Assembly (NCBI RefSeq): GCF_009914755.1 | Contig: NC_060930.1 | Length of the DNA: 64,000 bases | Reading direction: 5' to 3' (one strand) | Origin: the human T2T-CHM13v2.0 reference genome, Homo sapiens | The notes under the pieces: generated by a model | What the model was told of the DNA's origin: nothing | Database searches by the model: none | The model's input: the letters and a program-made list of their open reading frames with translations, nothing else | Part shown: positions 14,906 through 29,590 of the stretch, in pieces | Layout: each line of letters starts with the position of its first letter | How positions within the stretch are numbered: position 1 is the stretch's first letter | Position numbers and translations under genes: made by a program

Positions 14906-15589
14906 TTACCTTGGTTTTTTGTTTGTTTGTTTTCTGAAAGTCAAATGGCACAATATGAATGTACTCTGTATATTTCAAATGTTAAAAACATTGAGTTGTG
15001 GTTTTAGTAATTCTTCTCTTCTTCATAAAGTGGTCAACACCATCACCAATGAGCAATCCTCTTTGTGAGCTTTATTGTATCGGCAATAAGCTGAATGATG
15101 GCAAAAGGAGGACAAAGAGGGCTGTCAAATGAGACAAAGGGAACAGTGAGGGCACGGGAAGAAAGACTGGCATATGGTGTGGAGGGGGAGGGGCAAGGCA
15201 CGAAGATACCGGTCAGTGGAAGAAACACACACATGCACACACCATGCTTCTCCACAAGTAGCTTTTATGTGTTAAAGAAAAAAAAGTGGATAGTAGGGTT
15301 AAAATGTCTCTGATCTTTTTTGCCAAATCTTGCCCTATAAAACCAATTGTCAATTTCAAATTGACAGCTGCAGCCCTGACTGCTTAAACAAATGTAACCT
15401 CTGTCTCATTTTGCCAGTAAAAAGAAGTCTTTAAATGATATCTTTTAGATTTGTTCTTAGGCCTTTACATGTAACTATCTGTAAAAAAATCTGTAAATCC
15501 ATCAAATGCAAGGTTTCAGGTGGTGCTCTGGCATGCTGGATGTGTAAGCAGTTCTGGAAATGCCCTCCAGGTGGCATTATCAATAAATT

Positions 15590-15765
15590 TTTCAGCCTCC
15601 AAGTATGGTCCTAGGTCTATTTGAGGTTCTGGTTAAAATGCAGATTCCTGAGACCCACTTCAAACTGACCAAATCAATGCCAGTTTGGGTAGCACCTGGG
15701 CATCTGCATGCTGTATGAGATTAGTTTAGGGGATTGCTACTCACACGCCAGAGTGAAGATCCCTG
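15590..15765. mobile_element. MER5-type hAT MITE relic
   Basis: GTTAAAATGCAGATTCCTGAGACCCAC..GGCATCTGCATG is typical of MER5. Confidence 0.55.
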
Positions 15766-16994
15766 ATCTGGTCAACATAGGCACCAGCTACAGGGCCCTG
15801 GGACCAGATCAGCCTCAGCTGCAGCAGCACCAGGCTGCCTGGGAAGCCCAGCGCTCCTGGGTGGTTGGTAAAGAGTCTTTTCCCTGGAGGAAAGGTAAAG
15901 AGTTCTCAGCCCCTCATCTTCCTCAGTCCCTTCTGAATTAAAAGATTGGAGACACTCCATAGGCAGGTTCCTCTCTTGTTTCTTTGCCTTTTATTTATAA
16001 TCTCGAACGTCACTCGAACCTCTCTGTGTCAGCTTGCTGTTTTAGTTTTGGTTATGATTGGTGAGTCACAGAAAACACAAGCCATTTTTATCTGCAACTA
16101 GGACTACTCTCTGTGCATTTGGGCTAAAGGAATCCCTTTTCACCATTTAGGAGGAATGCTGAAGAGAAAGAAAACTTGATATTTAGCGCAGGGGCTAGTG
16201 TCATGCATCAATATCTACATCAAAAGACCAGAGGCTTCGGGCCCTCCCCCGCTCACTGTCTGCAGCCTTCACAAGCCTCAGCCAAAGGAAATGGGAGGAA
16301 GTGTATTTTTCATAGGAATTAACTCTTGCAGCCAAACAGGCAAATCAGGTGGCTTTAGATTCTTTACCTCATAAATGGCTATGTTGTGCTTTCCTTGTCC
16401 AGACTGGCGTTCTGTTTTGTTATAACTTTGCAAATTCAATGAATAGCTTGTAGGTGGGAGGGAAAGAAAAAGCCCATGGAATCTTTATTGCTTTATTTTT
16501 AAAAAAAAATCCATGGAGTAAGAGAAAGAATGTGACTGCATTTTTATTTATGGTCAATAAGCCCAGATGAATATGTGGTAAAAGTTGTGCAGACTGTCAC
16601 AAAGCAAATCACCATGTCACAAGAAATATTATTAAATTCTATAATTTCCTTTTCTGAAAGTAGTTCCTCTGTATGGAGTTGGAGAAAGAAAATTACATTC
16701 AATATTCACCTTAACTGAAAAGCAGCTGAGTGTGGTGGCTGGTATCCTATAAATAGCAGATCTGTGACCTCATTCCTGTTCTCTCTCTGCCTAGCTGTTT
16801 CCAGTTGCAAGTAGAATAGAAAATTGTCAATCATCTGGGCATATAGGCCAGCTTATTTGGATAAATCTGACCCAGTCCTTGTTTTTCGTTAGTGATGCAG
16901 GTACTGTACCTCTATTTAAGCAAAAGCCTTCTATGCTCTGTGTTTGTTGCTTTTTGCCTGCACTGCCCAGGTAATTGCAGTTATGTGGAATTGG

Positions 16995-17130
16995 CCTAAC
17001 GTGACCTTGGAAAACTGCTTAACCTTTTGGAGCCTCAGGTTATTCATCTGTAAAGTGAATATTGTAGCTGCCTCTTGCTCATTTCAATGGAATGCTTTGA
17101 GAATTGATTTGATAGTGTGCATAAAGCAAG
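16995..17130 (+). mobile_element. MIR
   Basis: GTGACCTTGGAAAACTGCTTAACC..GAGCCTCAGGTTATTCATCTGTAAAGTG is the MIR core. Confidence 0.7.
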
Positions 17131-18589
17131 TTGACCTCCTCAAAAAGGAATACAATGTATGATTTTATTTCTGGTCTCAAAGCTAGAAGGCCAGGCCTCT
17201 CCAGTACAACGTGGTCATTATCTGTGTTTTTGGACTGCCTGGAGAGGAAATTCACACCATTCAGGGCAAAACAATCCACTCCAGTTTCTAAATGGTGGGG
17301 ATTGTCTATCTATGGAACACAAATTCAACAGATGGTTGCCAACCTTCCACTTGATTTTGTGGCCCTTTAAACTGTGTTCATTAAAACTTCAACTTGCAGA
17401 CAACTTTATAGAGACTTGGAGGGATGTATGAATGACAGTTTTTGATATAAAGGATATAGCCCATATGAGACATGAATGTCTCTGATTCTCAGAAGACGTT
17501 GTTAAATTAACATGTAAAACAGCAAACAAATACTCTATCAGTAACTAAAAGTGCATGAATTGTTTCCCACATGTTTGTGAATATCCTGCTGATGTCAACA
17601 CTTTGGAACTTCACTAACAAGTATGTTTTGAAGAATTTGAGTACGACCATGTTTCATGTTTAATTTCAAGTTCCTTTTTTTCAGAAGGCGGAACACAAAC
17701 TCGAACCAAGGTTTTGGGGAAACAGAGACTGAATCTGTTTCTGTTTTTGTTTTATAAACTTTACAGAGATATATAATGCCATAGCACTTTTTATTTAAGG
17801 CTGGCAGAATTTGTTTATTCTCCTTTTCTCGTGTGGGCATGCATTCATACATGTATTTACTATTTAGCCTGTGGAGTTTTTATTTATTTAGCAAATGCCT
17901 TGTTTTATTGAACATTTTGGCTATTTTCTTGGACCATTTTGTTGCAAGAAATAAATGTGATACTTTAAATGATTTCTTTCTTTTTCTATCAACTTGGGAG
18001 CCAAAATAAAATTGACATTCTCAGAAAACAAAGGTGCTGTAGAACTCGAAAACATTTACCCTGAAATAAAAATTTGTATTTACTTAGAGCTCAGTTTCTG
18101 TTGAAAAACAAACATCATAGACCCTCAGAAAAAGAAGAGAAGCCCCCTGCTGACACATTCTCTTATTGATTGATGATGTTGTCTTGGCAGAGCAGCTTCA
18201 GAAATGCAATCAGGGAACAAATGGGCCTGGTTTTATTCAATAAAATACCCTCTTAAAAAAAGAAAAGAAATCTTAAAATTCAAAGAATTGTATTTGAAAC
18301 TGGTGAAATATAATTCTGTGAGTTTATTCTTTGAAAAATAAAGAAAATGGGATTGTTCTTTGGCCTTATTCCTATGACATAAATCTGATTTGAAGGACAC
18401 TGGGCCATACCATAAAGTGTAACATTGTTCAAGAGATACGCATAAATGAGAGCATGGTTCCTCAGTTTCCTACTGTATCTGCCCCTTCTGAGTCAATCAA
18501 GCGTAGCACCGGCCTGAGCTGAGAACTATATACTACTGAAGGGGCCACTGAGATAGGTATACAAGGCTAAGCATAGCCAAGGTTTATGA

Positions 18590-18800
18590 AACATTCACAG
18601 TGGGCCAGCTACAGTGCGTTATAGGTGTTAAATTATCCTCTGACTGGCCTATTACAATAGACTTCATTACACAGATGAGGAAATGGTACAGAGAGGTTAA
18701 GTCACCAGTCAAAGATCACACAGCTAGGGAAGATCAGATCCGGGATTTGAACTTCAGTAGACTGATTCTAGAGTTCATCTCTTCACTGTTAGACTTACAC
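18590..18800 (-). mobile_element. MIR
   Basis: ACAGATGAGGAAATGGTACAGAGAGGTTAAGT..AAGATCACACAGCTAG..GGGATTTGAAC. Confidence 0.75.
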
Positions 18801-19648
18801 CACCACCTCTCTTAATTAAAATAATAAATAAATGAACCCTTAATACATTGAAAACTTTTAGTACAGAAATAAGTTCTGAATTGTCATGTTTCCATTCTCT
18901 AGTTTTAGGCATTCTTTAATTATTTTTTGCTATCTATTTCTCCAATGGGTTATATCTATTACTTTACTATATAATGCCTTTGAATCCGTATGTAAGAATT
19001 TAACTTAGCTCATAAGTTGCTTTTTTGCTGCTGTAGAAGTTTATAAAATTATTTCCAATGTAAATCTGTCCTCTGTTTAGTTTTCACTTTTTTTCTGTCC
19101 TAAATAAAAATGTATGTCTTACATTTTTCAAATTATAATTTTAACATTTTATATTCACATCTGTGTTTTCCTCTGTAGTCTAATGTTTTGTGTGTTTTGG
19201 AGGTCATAGGGATTGGTGTCTTTTTAATGTGGGTGTCCCTTCTTCACCACTATCCCCCCCCATTTGGGGAATTATGTTTATGTTTTAGTTCTCCATTCAT
19301 GCATTAGCGGAATTGTTTGTGATAATAACAGGAAGTAACTTAAGAACTTCCTAACCATTTATAAAACACTAAAAGTGGAGTTTTGATATTTGAAAGAACA
19401 TGTGTTGAAAGTTCAGATTATGGTGATCCTTCCTTTAGGTCCTGACAGAATTTTATATGTGCACAAGTGGGCTCTTGTTCTATTTTCTATTAGGGAATTT
19501 GACTCTACTCTCAAAGATTTCGAACTCAATGCTAAAAATCATTTAAAGGCTGGCACATTGATGCTCTTGTGGAGCATAGGTGGCAAAAACTAAAAGGCAG
19601 GAGGTCTGAAGCTTTTGTATCATTGCAACACTTTTCCTGTTTCTGCAC

Positions 19649-20044
19649 TGTTTTAGTCAATTTGGGGTTCTGTAACAAAATACCATGGACTGGGTGGCTT
19701 AAACGACAAGAATTTATTTCTCACAGTTCTGGAGGCTGGTAAGTCCTGGGTCAAGGTGCAGGGCTGATTTGCTTTCACAATGATGGCTTTCTTCCTGACT
19801 TGCAGATGGCTACCTTCTCCCTGTGTCCTCACATGGCAGAAAGAGATAGAAAGGAAGCTCTCTGATGCTCATAAAAGCAATAATCTTATCATGAGACTCC
19901 CCTTCTATGACCTCACCTAAACCTAATTACCTCATAAATATCATGACATTGAAAGGTAATAACCTGAATTACCTCACAAATATGACAGTGGAAGTTAGGG
20001 CATCAACATGTGAATTTTGAGGGGACACAATTCAGTCCATAGCA
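19649..20044 (-). mobile_element. MLT1A-type solo LTR
   Basis: TGTTTTAGTC..AACAAAATACCATGGACTGGGTGGCTTAAAC..CACAGTTCTGGAGGCTGG..GGACACAATTCAGTCCATAGCA. Confidence 0.85.
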
Positions 20045-23000
20045 CTCACTCACAGTCTTTTCTGATGCCAGGCTGTTGATATGGAATCTTCCCTTAAATT
20101 CTCTTCTACACCGAAAACTTGATCAGTCCTTATAGGATGGCGTTGACTTTAGTAACAATAATTTCAAAATAAATGTCCAGCAAAAAAAACCCCAACAAAC
20201 AAGTAAAAAACCTCATTAAATGAGATCATAAGTTCGAGTTGCCCAGGTCCCTTCATTTGAAATTCAAAAGCTCGCCTACCAGGTAGAGGGACTTCCTGGA
20301 ATGCTGGGGAGTGAGTTGAGTCAGTGTGCATCCTGAGCAACTGTGCTCTAGATTACTTCTATTTCCTGGAGCAAAGTGTTTTCTTTCAGACAAGTAACAC
20401 GACATAACTGAGGATCAAATTTATTTTGGAAGTTTTATAAAAATTCAGCAAGCAAAACCTTTTAAAAATGCCATACATGCCATGAACTAAGATGAATTGA
20501 TAGTGAGTACTCCAAAGCATTTTATCCAGAGAGTGCAGAACATTTTGAAACCCATCATTAGGAAGAGATGCTCTTACTGGAATTTATTAGACAACTAGAA
20601 TAAAATAAGAAATGTAGTAAATATCTCAATCAGGACTTCTGGGAACTTGAGTCTTCTGTAGATGGCTTTTAGGTTTTCCAATTTTGTTTGCCCTTTTAGG
20701 TAAAATATCAATAGTTCATGATGAAATTATTGAAAAAAAAACTGAGTGACTAATTTTCAATCTCCTGCTTTCCATCCTAGAACCATATGAATTGTTAAGA
20801 CTTTCAGTTGTCTTGGTTACTTCTGCTTAGAGACGGTAAATGTAGGTATTCCTTGGAAGATGTTTGGCAGAAGAAGGAAAAGAGAGAGGGGCTTGAAAGA
20901 AAACTATGATTAAGGGAAGGGTTAAGTTAAAACTAGTTTTAATCAGAAGATCCATGTCTCATTTCTTCATCTATGCTTATTTACAAAGTTATTGTAATTA
21001 AATGAAGCTGATTGTCTACTACTTGGTAGGCATCGTAGTATTCCCTCGAGATGCAAAGGCAACTTTTATTTATTTATATTTATGTTTATTTATAATTATC
21101 ATTGTTGCACAAATGATTTGAAGTAAGAGGAATATAAACTACCTTCAGGCTGCCCTTTGATCCCTTTAAGGGATCAAAGTCCATCAGAAGGTAGACAGCT
21201 ATAGAAAAATGATGATACAATGTGAGTAAGTGCTGTTACGAAGAGATGGGCAAACAGCTTTGGGAACATAGTGGGTATAGTAACTCTATTAACAATCTGT
21301 TAACTTTGAGTTGCTTCTTTCATTGATTCCTTAAAATCTATGTGATTCTATTACATGCCCCAAGAGGAGTTTTAAGTTCCTGGACTAAGCAAAAAATCTG
21401 GAGTAACACAGTACATAATCTGTCTAGGGAAGGAGTCCTGCTACATTTTCTAAATTCAGGGACAATTTAGTCTTTCTGAATCCCCACAGGGCAGAAGCAC
21501 ACATGATCTAGAATCAGTCTCCAAAGATTTTAAGCTTATGTATGAGCATTGACTATGCCCAGAATTCCTGGGTTAACCAATGAGTCTTCTCCTGAGATCC
21601 TGCTATTAACAGGGGAAGTATATTGATCTTTGAAACATTTCAGTTACAACAGTGATAGTTGTGTTTGTTTCCTTTCGGAAGAAAAGGAAAACTGGGGGAG
21701 GGGAGCTAAGGACTCAAGGAGTGCAAATACTCTTTTGTGGTATGTGTTCTGCCTGTACAGAACTTTCTTTTCCCTAATCTGTATTCATTATATGTAGTTA
21801 TCTATAGTTGAGACCAGAATGTGATGCTAAGTAGAGACATAGGTAATTATCTGATTTCCTTTCTTACTTTGGCAAATGAATACATGTTTGGTTGAAGCTG
21901 ATTGTGAGCCACTTAACATGAACAGGTGAAGTCAAATTTTGTAACGTTGGGCAATAATATTTTCTGTTGTACTAGTAGGTTTAAAAGTTATAATTATGTA
22001 CATTTCATATTACAGCTTCTTCTACACCTTCTGTTAAATGTAAATTCATACTGAGTCTCAGCAAATTAGTTCTTTTGTTTTATTCCTGCAAGAGGATAAA
22101 CGAAAAGTTTTAAAATAGGAAACCCAGTGATTTTTCATACTCTCTTCTCCAGGGTGTGTTGTGGAGGGATTCACTGGCAAATCAACTTATTTATCACAGT
22201 AATACAGAGGTCAATATATTTCTGACTGCCTGTTCTAGCTCCCAATAGAAAGTGTTAATCACAAGTATTTTCTAAATGGAGTGATGACAGATGTTACCAA
22301 AATGTCCCTAAAAATTGTTATAAATTAGTTGGCACGTGCGTGCACATACACAACACACAAACACACAGATGTGAAAGATGGCAGAAATGCTTCTCTTGTT
22401 TGGGAGGGAGCTCAAGGTAGCTTGAAATTTAGTAATTATCCAAGTACTTGTGAAGAAGCAGGCAGCATTTTTCAAATTCCAGAAGGAATCACTGCAAGGG
22501 GGGGACTAGAGAACTAGCTAGGAGAGTGAGAATTGTATCCTGGGGGAGGGGAAGAGAAGGGACAGCTTTTTATACCTTTCTTTTATAGGAAAAAAGAGCA
22601 GCCAGCAGAAACTAGATGAGGATCAACATGGGGTGAGGGTGGAGGGGCTAGCAACTGCTGAGACAGTCAATAGGCAGATTGTTCATCACGCATTGCCAGA
22701 AGATTAGCTGAGCAAATGCACAGACAATGCTGATTACTGACTTGAAATGCATCAGTTCTTACTGGGGAGAACAAAGACGGTCAGATCACTGCCCTACAGC
22801 CTAACGGCAATAATGGAACCCAGCTATGCTCAACATAATGTTTACAGCTGAGAAATGTGGGCAATGTGTCTATTTGTTTGTATTCACTAAATTTCTCTCA
22901 TCTCAGGAATGGCCTCAAGAGATATATATCTTATTTCTAGCAGGTTCTCAAGAGACAGCAGTCCTATAATCACACCCCTGCATATTTCAGCCCCTTGTGA

Positions 23001-23939
23001 GTTGTGTATTTCTTTCCACTTAATCTGAGAAGGCAGATATCATTGAATTGTCACAACTTGGCCTCCTTTTTTACACTGACCTTGCAAACGCAGGTAATTA
23101 TATTTGAAAAAAAAAATTAATGCTTCTCACGTATTATTTACTTATATAAAGAACTGCTATCAACAGTTGTAACTATATTAGAGTATTTTAAAGTTATGAA
23201 GTAAAGTGGAAAATAGTTCCTTTTTATCTTTTCTGTGAATATTTTTCAGACAAAGCCTGTGTATTATTTGTTTTATCTTGACCTCCTTTCTTATTATGAA
23301 TTCAGAGACGTTTAGCACTTTTATTCCATCACCCCCTTTTGGAGCTTTGTTTTGGGCACCTAGGAAATAGAATATGACCTTGGGTTGGCATTAATTCTGA
23401 GATACTAGAAATTTTCATAAGAAACTCTTTATGTGATATTACTGTAACCATCAAACACAGCCTTTCCATTTAGTTGATATTATAATTAAACCTAATAATA
23501 GCATCCCCCCTTTACATTTTCTTTACATATGTAAAAATAATCTTAGTGTTATTTATAGATTTGTGTTAGTCTTTATTAGAAGCCTTTTTTCTTTGGATAA
23601 AAGAGCTTTACTTTAGTCATAATGCTCTTAACAGGATTCATCTAGAAGAAAAGCACCATAAGGCTGATGTGTCTTTCTCAATCCTCATTGACATTTTATA
23701 CCTTATTGGCTTGCAGTTTCTTTTTCTCTTTTGTTTTATCTTTGTATTTTTTTAAATGCCTAACACTTTCTTACTTCTTACTTGTTTTATTTTTTTACTT
23801 ACGAACACCTGATTAATTCAGGAGACTCTTCTCTAAATTAGAAAAACTTTCAAAAACCAGATTATTTTCTGGGAATACAATTTTCTTTTTTACCCCTGTT
23901 CTTTTCTCTTGTTTGCAGTTAACCATGTCATTGTTAACA

Positions 23940-25070
<1,131 letters not shown>

Positions 25071-25209
25071 ATGAAAAGAATGTACTTTCAAGTGCACAGC
25101 TTAATTCAAATTAAGCTAAAGGGAATGTTTGCTAATAGTGGTCTGCAGGAAGTAAGCTTTAATGAATGAATGAGAACATTGTGTTACTTGTGACTAGATC
25201 ATCATATAA

Positions 25210-25820
25210 AGGTAGTTCTGCTATAGTGCTTGTCAATAAGATTGATATATTAGTAATTAAGTGCAGCATAACACAATGTTGTGTTATGTATGATTTCATC
25301 CATGTGTGGTTCCTCATCTATGACTTCATCCACGAGAAATACTAGGTAAGTGCAAACAACTGGACCCAGCTCGGTTGAGTCACAAGAAAAATGCAAAATG
25401 TACACACACATCTCAAGCATCTACCATCTGTATCAGTTTACCACGTGGATTATGAGTTGCATCCATCCACATCTGTTGTTATAGCTTTCATCTGATTCTA
25501 GACAACCCTCCTTTACTACTTCACGATAACTCAAAACTAAAACTCCTGACATTCATTTTCACAAGCAAATGTCAAGTTTTTCTTCAAAATCAAGTGCTGT
25601 ATTTATTGAGGTATGTATGTATTAGTTAACTGTTTAATACATGTAAAGTCATGCTACTGTTTTTATTAGGTTCCTATATTATGTTTAATTTGTCGTTGAC
25701 AAACTCTTTGAGTATTGTATCTTAACACGATTTTTCCCAGAACCTCTGGCTTTTATTGCACGATTTCACATAGGATGGCACTTTTAAGGAATACATATGC
25801 ATTATCGTAGAACTGATTGT
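25210..25820 (+). mobile_element. Tigger8-like DNA transposon
   Basis: Degenerate TIRs AGTTCTGCTATAGTGC ... GCATTATCGTAGAACT; internal CATCCACATCTG and TTTTATTAGGTTCCTAT match the recalled consensus. Confidence 0.7.
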
Positions 25821-25866
25821 ACTCAATATATAACAAACCAGTAAACTTTGGAGCTTTTCACTCTGC

Positions 25867-26717
25867 AGTGATGGGAGTCAATGAATGGCATTTATTGAAG
25901 AGAATTATCAGTAGGTTCTCATGTTTCTGCTCATCTCGTGAGAAAAGTGGCTTTCTTCTAGAATATATTTTCAAGGATATTTGTACAGCAAACAGCTTTG
26001 GAAATTAGAGACAGTATCTCCTGTTGGAATAAAGGGCAGATTTGTTTACAGCCTTGCATGAGGAAGTATTTCTCCCCCAGAACAATGAGCAGGTATGCTT
26101 ACTGTCCAGTATAAGACATTCAGTTCTCCAAGTTCAGGATTTTTCTCATGGTGCATTCAGGTGTCACTTGATGCTGTTTGTATCACCCCATGGGAACTAA
26201 GTCTTGGAGAATGAGTAAAAAAATGACATTTCTAGGGCCGGGTGCGGTGGCTCATGTCTGTAATCCCAGCACTTTGGGAGGCCACGAGGCAGATCACGAG
26301 GTCAGGAGATCAAGACCATCCTGGCTAATATGGTGAAACCCCGTCTCTATTAAAAATACAAAAAAAAAAAAAAAAATCAGCCGGGCATGGTGGCGGGCGC
26401 CTGTAGTCCCAGCTACTCAGGAGGCTGAGGCAGGAGGATGGTGTGAACCCGGGAGGCGGAGCTTGCAATAAGCTGAGATGGTGCCCCTGCACTCCAGGCT
26501 GGGCAACAGAGCGAGACCCTATCTCAAAAAAAAAACAAAACAAAAACAAAAAAAACAAACATTTCTCTGGCTACTACTGTTGCTATGAATAATAAACTTT
26601 CTTTTGTTTTTCATTCATGAGTCTTATGTCTCTTGCCAGAATTAATGAAACTGTGGCAGACCAATAGGTTGACTTGCAAATAAAGTAGAATCTCAGACCC
26701 TTCACATTTCTTGAACA
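25867..26717 (+). mobile_element. MER76-like ERVL LTR, interrupted by an Alu
   Basis: TTTTCAAGGATATTTGTACAGCAAACAGCTTTGGAA..AAAGGGCAG; AATAAA near 26591; ends AATCTCAGACCCTTCACATTTCTTGAACA. Confidence 0.65.
26236..26558 (+). mobile_element. AluY
   Basis: Full Alu with expanded middle A-run and (A)nC tail; ACATTTCT on both flanks. Confidence 0.93.
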
Positions 26718-27064
26718 ACGTTCTGCATGGTATCATGGTATTACACAGGTGTCTCCATAAAATCATTGGTCAATATATTTCAGAACCCTCATGCAAAGAT
26801 GACAATCATTAAATACCCTCTTGTTTTTCATGTTTAAGGATAATGCATTCAATAAAAGATAACAAAAGGGTGCACTGAAGTACTTGAACTGAGCAGTGGT
26901 ATGGAGAATATTTCTAGTTTTCATTTTACTTCATTGAATGAACAACTCTGTGCTCATGTTACCTAAAATGAGAGTTAATTAGGTTATATGTTTTGCTATA
27001 TGTAATGGGCTATCTTTGAAATTCTTGGAAATAACTTATTCACTGAAGTGTAAATAATTCTGCT

Positions 27065-27400
27065 ACAGTTTCATTGATTTGATCAAATGATATATATTAA
27101 GTTTCTGTCCTATACAAAGCTCTGTGAGGGATACAAAAATGACTAAATACTTTCTGTGCTTTCAAAGTGTGCATGCTAATATGGGAGATGAAATAAAAGG
27201 AAACATAAACATTATGCAAGGCGGGAAATGTTAACTACGGCATCATAGGAACCAATAAAGGATTACCGATGTTCTGAAGGGAGAAAGATGGAGGAAGACT
27301 TCAGGAGAAGGACTTTTAAGGAGAGCATTTGAAGAGTGGGAAATTATGTGGAGGCAGGAAAGTTAATGAGCTAGTGGAAGAAAGGCCTGGAAAGAGGAAT
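27065..27400 (-). mobile_element. L2 relic
   Basis: Antisense L2 3' end pattern (TTCATTGATTTGATCAAATGATATATATTAAG..GGGATACAAAAATGACTAA). Confidence 0.5.
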
Positions 27401-28062
27401 TGGGACCAAATTCCCAGACACAAAGGATCAAGAATGGTTAAGAATACTTATTTCATTTATCCTAAGATAGACGTTTTTAAAATTGGAGCATCTCTGTAAT
27501 GCAATTAATAACCTACAGTATTTTACAATCTCTGACATTTTTCAATTTCTCTAAGTCAGGTGACAGTCATTCCAGAGTGGTACAAAAAATTTTTTTGACA
27601 ATTTCTGATAAGATCAAGGACAGGCCAGAAGGAATCCACTTTAGATTAATGTGACTATATTAATATCATTGAAGGGTAGAAATACAAAACCTTGAGAGTG
27701 ACCTTTAGAATTTTTGGGACTATCTCCTGGCTAACATACCTAAATAAAAACAAACATAATATTTGCCAAGTATTAAATTACCACTGTTTGCTAGCCTTGT
27801 CTTAGAATTTAAGCCATTGCCATATTTAGTTCTCACAAAATTCTTGAGACAGAGATCAGCTCATTCTTAAGGCTAAGGAAAGAGGTCAAGAAAAGTTTTA
27901 AGTAGTGCAAGGTTAGAGACCTAGTAAGTAAAACTTGAATCTCGATAGTTTTAGGATTTAATTCCAGTTCTTGCTTACTCTCACAACTATTCTGTTAATT
28001 ATGCAATTTCTTTTATAGCACATCTTTGCTCTAAAAGCTTCTCCCACTTTAATTAATATTAG

Positions 28063-28971
28063 TGATGCAGTATTTTTCTTGACCCCTTCATCGGACTTGC
28101 AACAGGGCTATCCTGTGTACTTGGCCTGCTGCTCTCAACCCCTTGAGGGAGGGAGAACGTGAGCAAGCAAGTATGGGATCCAGCTGGCTGCTTCGGGTGC
28201 TGTCAGGAGCAGGCTCTGTGCGGGCCCAGCGGCAGCAACCCGATGGGGATGACTGTGACGCCTGAAGCTCCAGAGGGCATGTTACAATGCTCTCTTAGTT
28301 CCATCGTCCATGGACAGTGGTATGTTATCAGTTCAGTGGGCCTTTTGCCTCATTGCATGGGGTAGATGCCTTCCACCAGCAAGGGCAAAGGGCCAGTATG
28401 ACAGCCTTTTTTTGGGTACCCTTACTCGGTAAGTCCTGAGCTCTTGTCCATCATCCAAGAAGAATGAGGTCGCCTGGACACTTGAAAGATGGTGAAGGGA
28501 GAGAATTTTATTAACAGATGGAAATGGTTCTCATTGGGGAGGGGAATGGTGAGGGGACGGGATGAGCAAGTAATCTTTCCCCAAAGTCTGGCCGTCTCTG
28601 GCCAGCTCTTCCTTGAATTCATTGTTTCTCCAAAGTTAATCCATCTCTCCTCTGAAATCCAGCCATCTCCCTGAAGTCAAGTTACCTCTCTCCAGTCAGG
28701 CTGCTTCTCTCTCTCTACCAGCTGAGCCTGGGGTCTTTATAGGCACAGGATGGGGGCGGGGGTGGGGCAGGCTGTAGGTAGTTTTGGAAAAGGCAACACT
28801 TGATTGATAAAAAGACATTATTCAGAAAGAATCAATTGGGAGAGTGCAGGCAAACAGGGATAGAAGTTGTCACTTAGGGCCATGGGTTTCAGTCTTTTTA
28901 GGTCAAAGGTGGGGTTTTGCCAGGGACCAGCCCCTGTCTACCTAGAATTTATCTGCCTCCTGCCTCTATCA
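28063..28971 (-). mobile_element. ERV1 solo LTR (MER52/LTR28/LTR1 group)
   Basis: TGATGCAG...CCTGCCTCTATCA; 4-bp TSD TTAG at 28059-28062 and 28972-28975. Confidence 0.8.
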
Positions 28972-29029
28972 TTAGTAATATATTTTAAAATCTACAAGTA
29001 ATTTTACAACTACTTATATTTTCTGCATT

Positions 29030-29170
29030 CTTTTCAATTAATACATAAGAGAGATGAGACCCAGAGAGGTTGAGTGATTTGTACAAAGTCACACAGCAAG
29101 GCAATACAGTGTACAAGGTTCCTATATAGCTTGAATATCCAATGCTAAGCAATCTGAGAAACACTATCAC
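29030..29170 (-). mobile_element. MIR
   Basis: TGAGACCCAGAGAGGTTGAGTGATTTGTACAAAGTCACACAGC. Confidence 0.7.
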
Positions 29171-29590
29171 GCATGTTGCATGACAAGCTTGGTCATTTAT
29201 TGGCAGATTTAATTGTTGAATTTTCACTGGTGTTCTAAGAAAGTTCTGCTTGTAGATTTTACAAACCCAAAACACTCCATCCCTCACATTTCTTTTTCAC
29301 TCCCTCTAGTGTTTAAAATACATTGTGCATTTGCTTTTCCATCATTACTTTTTGTCCTACATCAATGAACCCTTGGATTTGATTGTCCCAGACTGACCTT
29401 ACCTGAAAGCTTTGTTTTTAATTTACAGCTTTTATAGCTTGAATGTGAACTTTGCTAAAAAATTGATGAACCTGAATGTGAAGTGAGATGACTTATATTG
29501 GCATATTGGAGGAAAATAACTTATTAAAAGCCAGTGAGATAAACCCAAATTGCATTGAGTCAAGATGTTGGATTAAAATTTTTTCACGTG

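Noticed and set aside
25340-25351. Consensus donor TAG|GTAAGT
   Set aside because: Inside Tigger8 with no convincing upstream acceptor.
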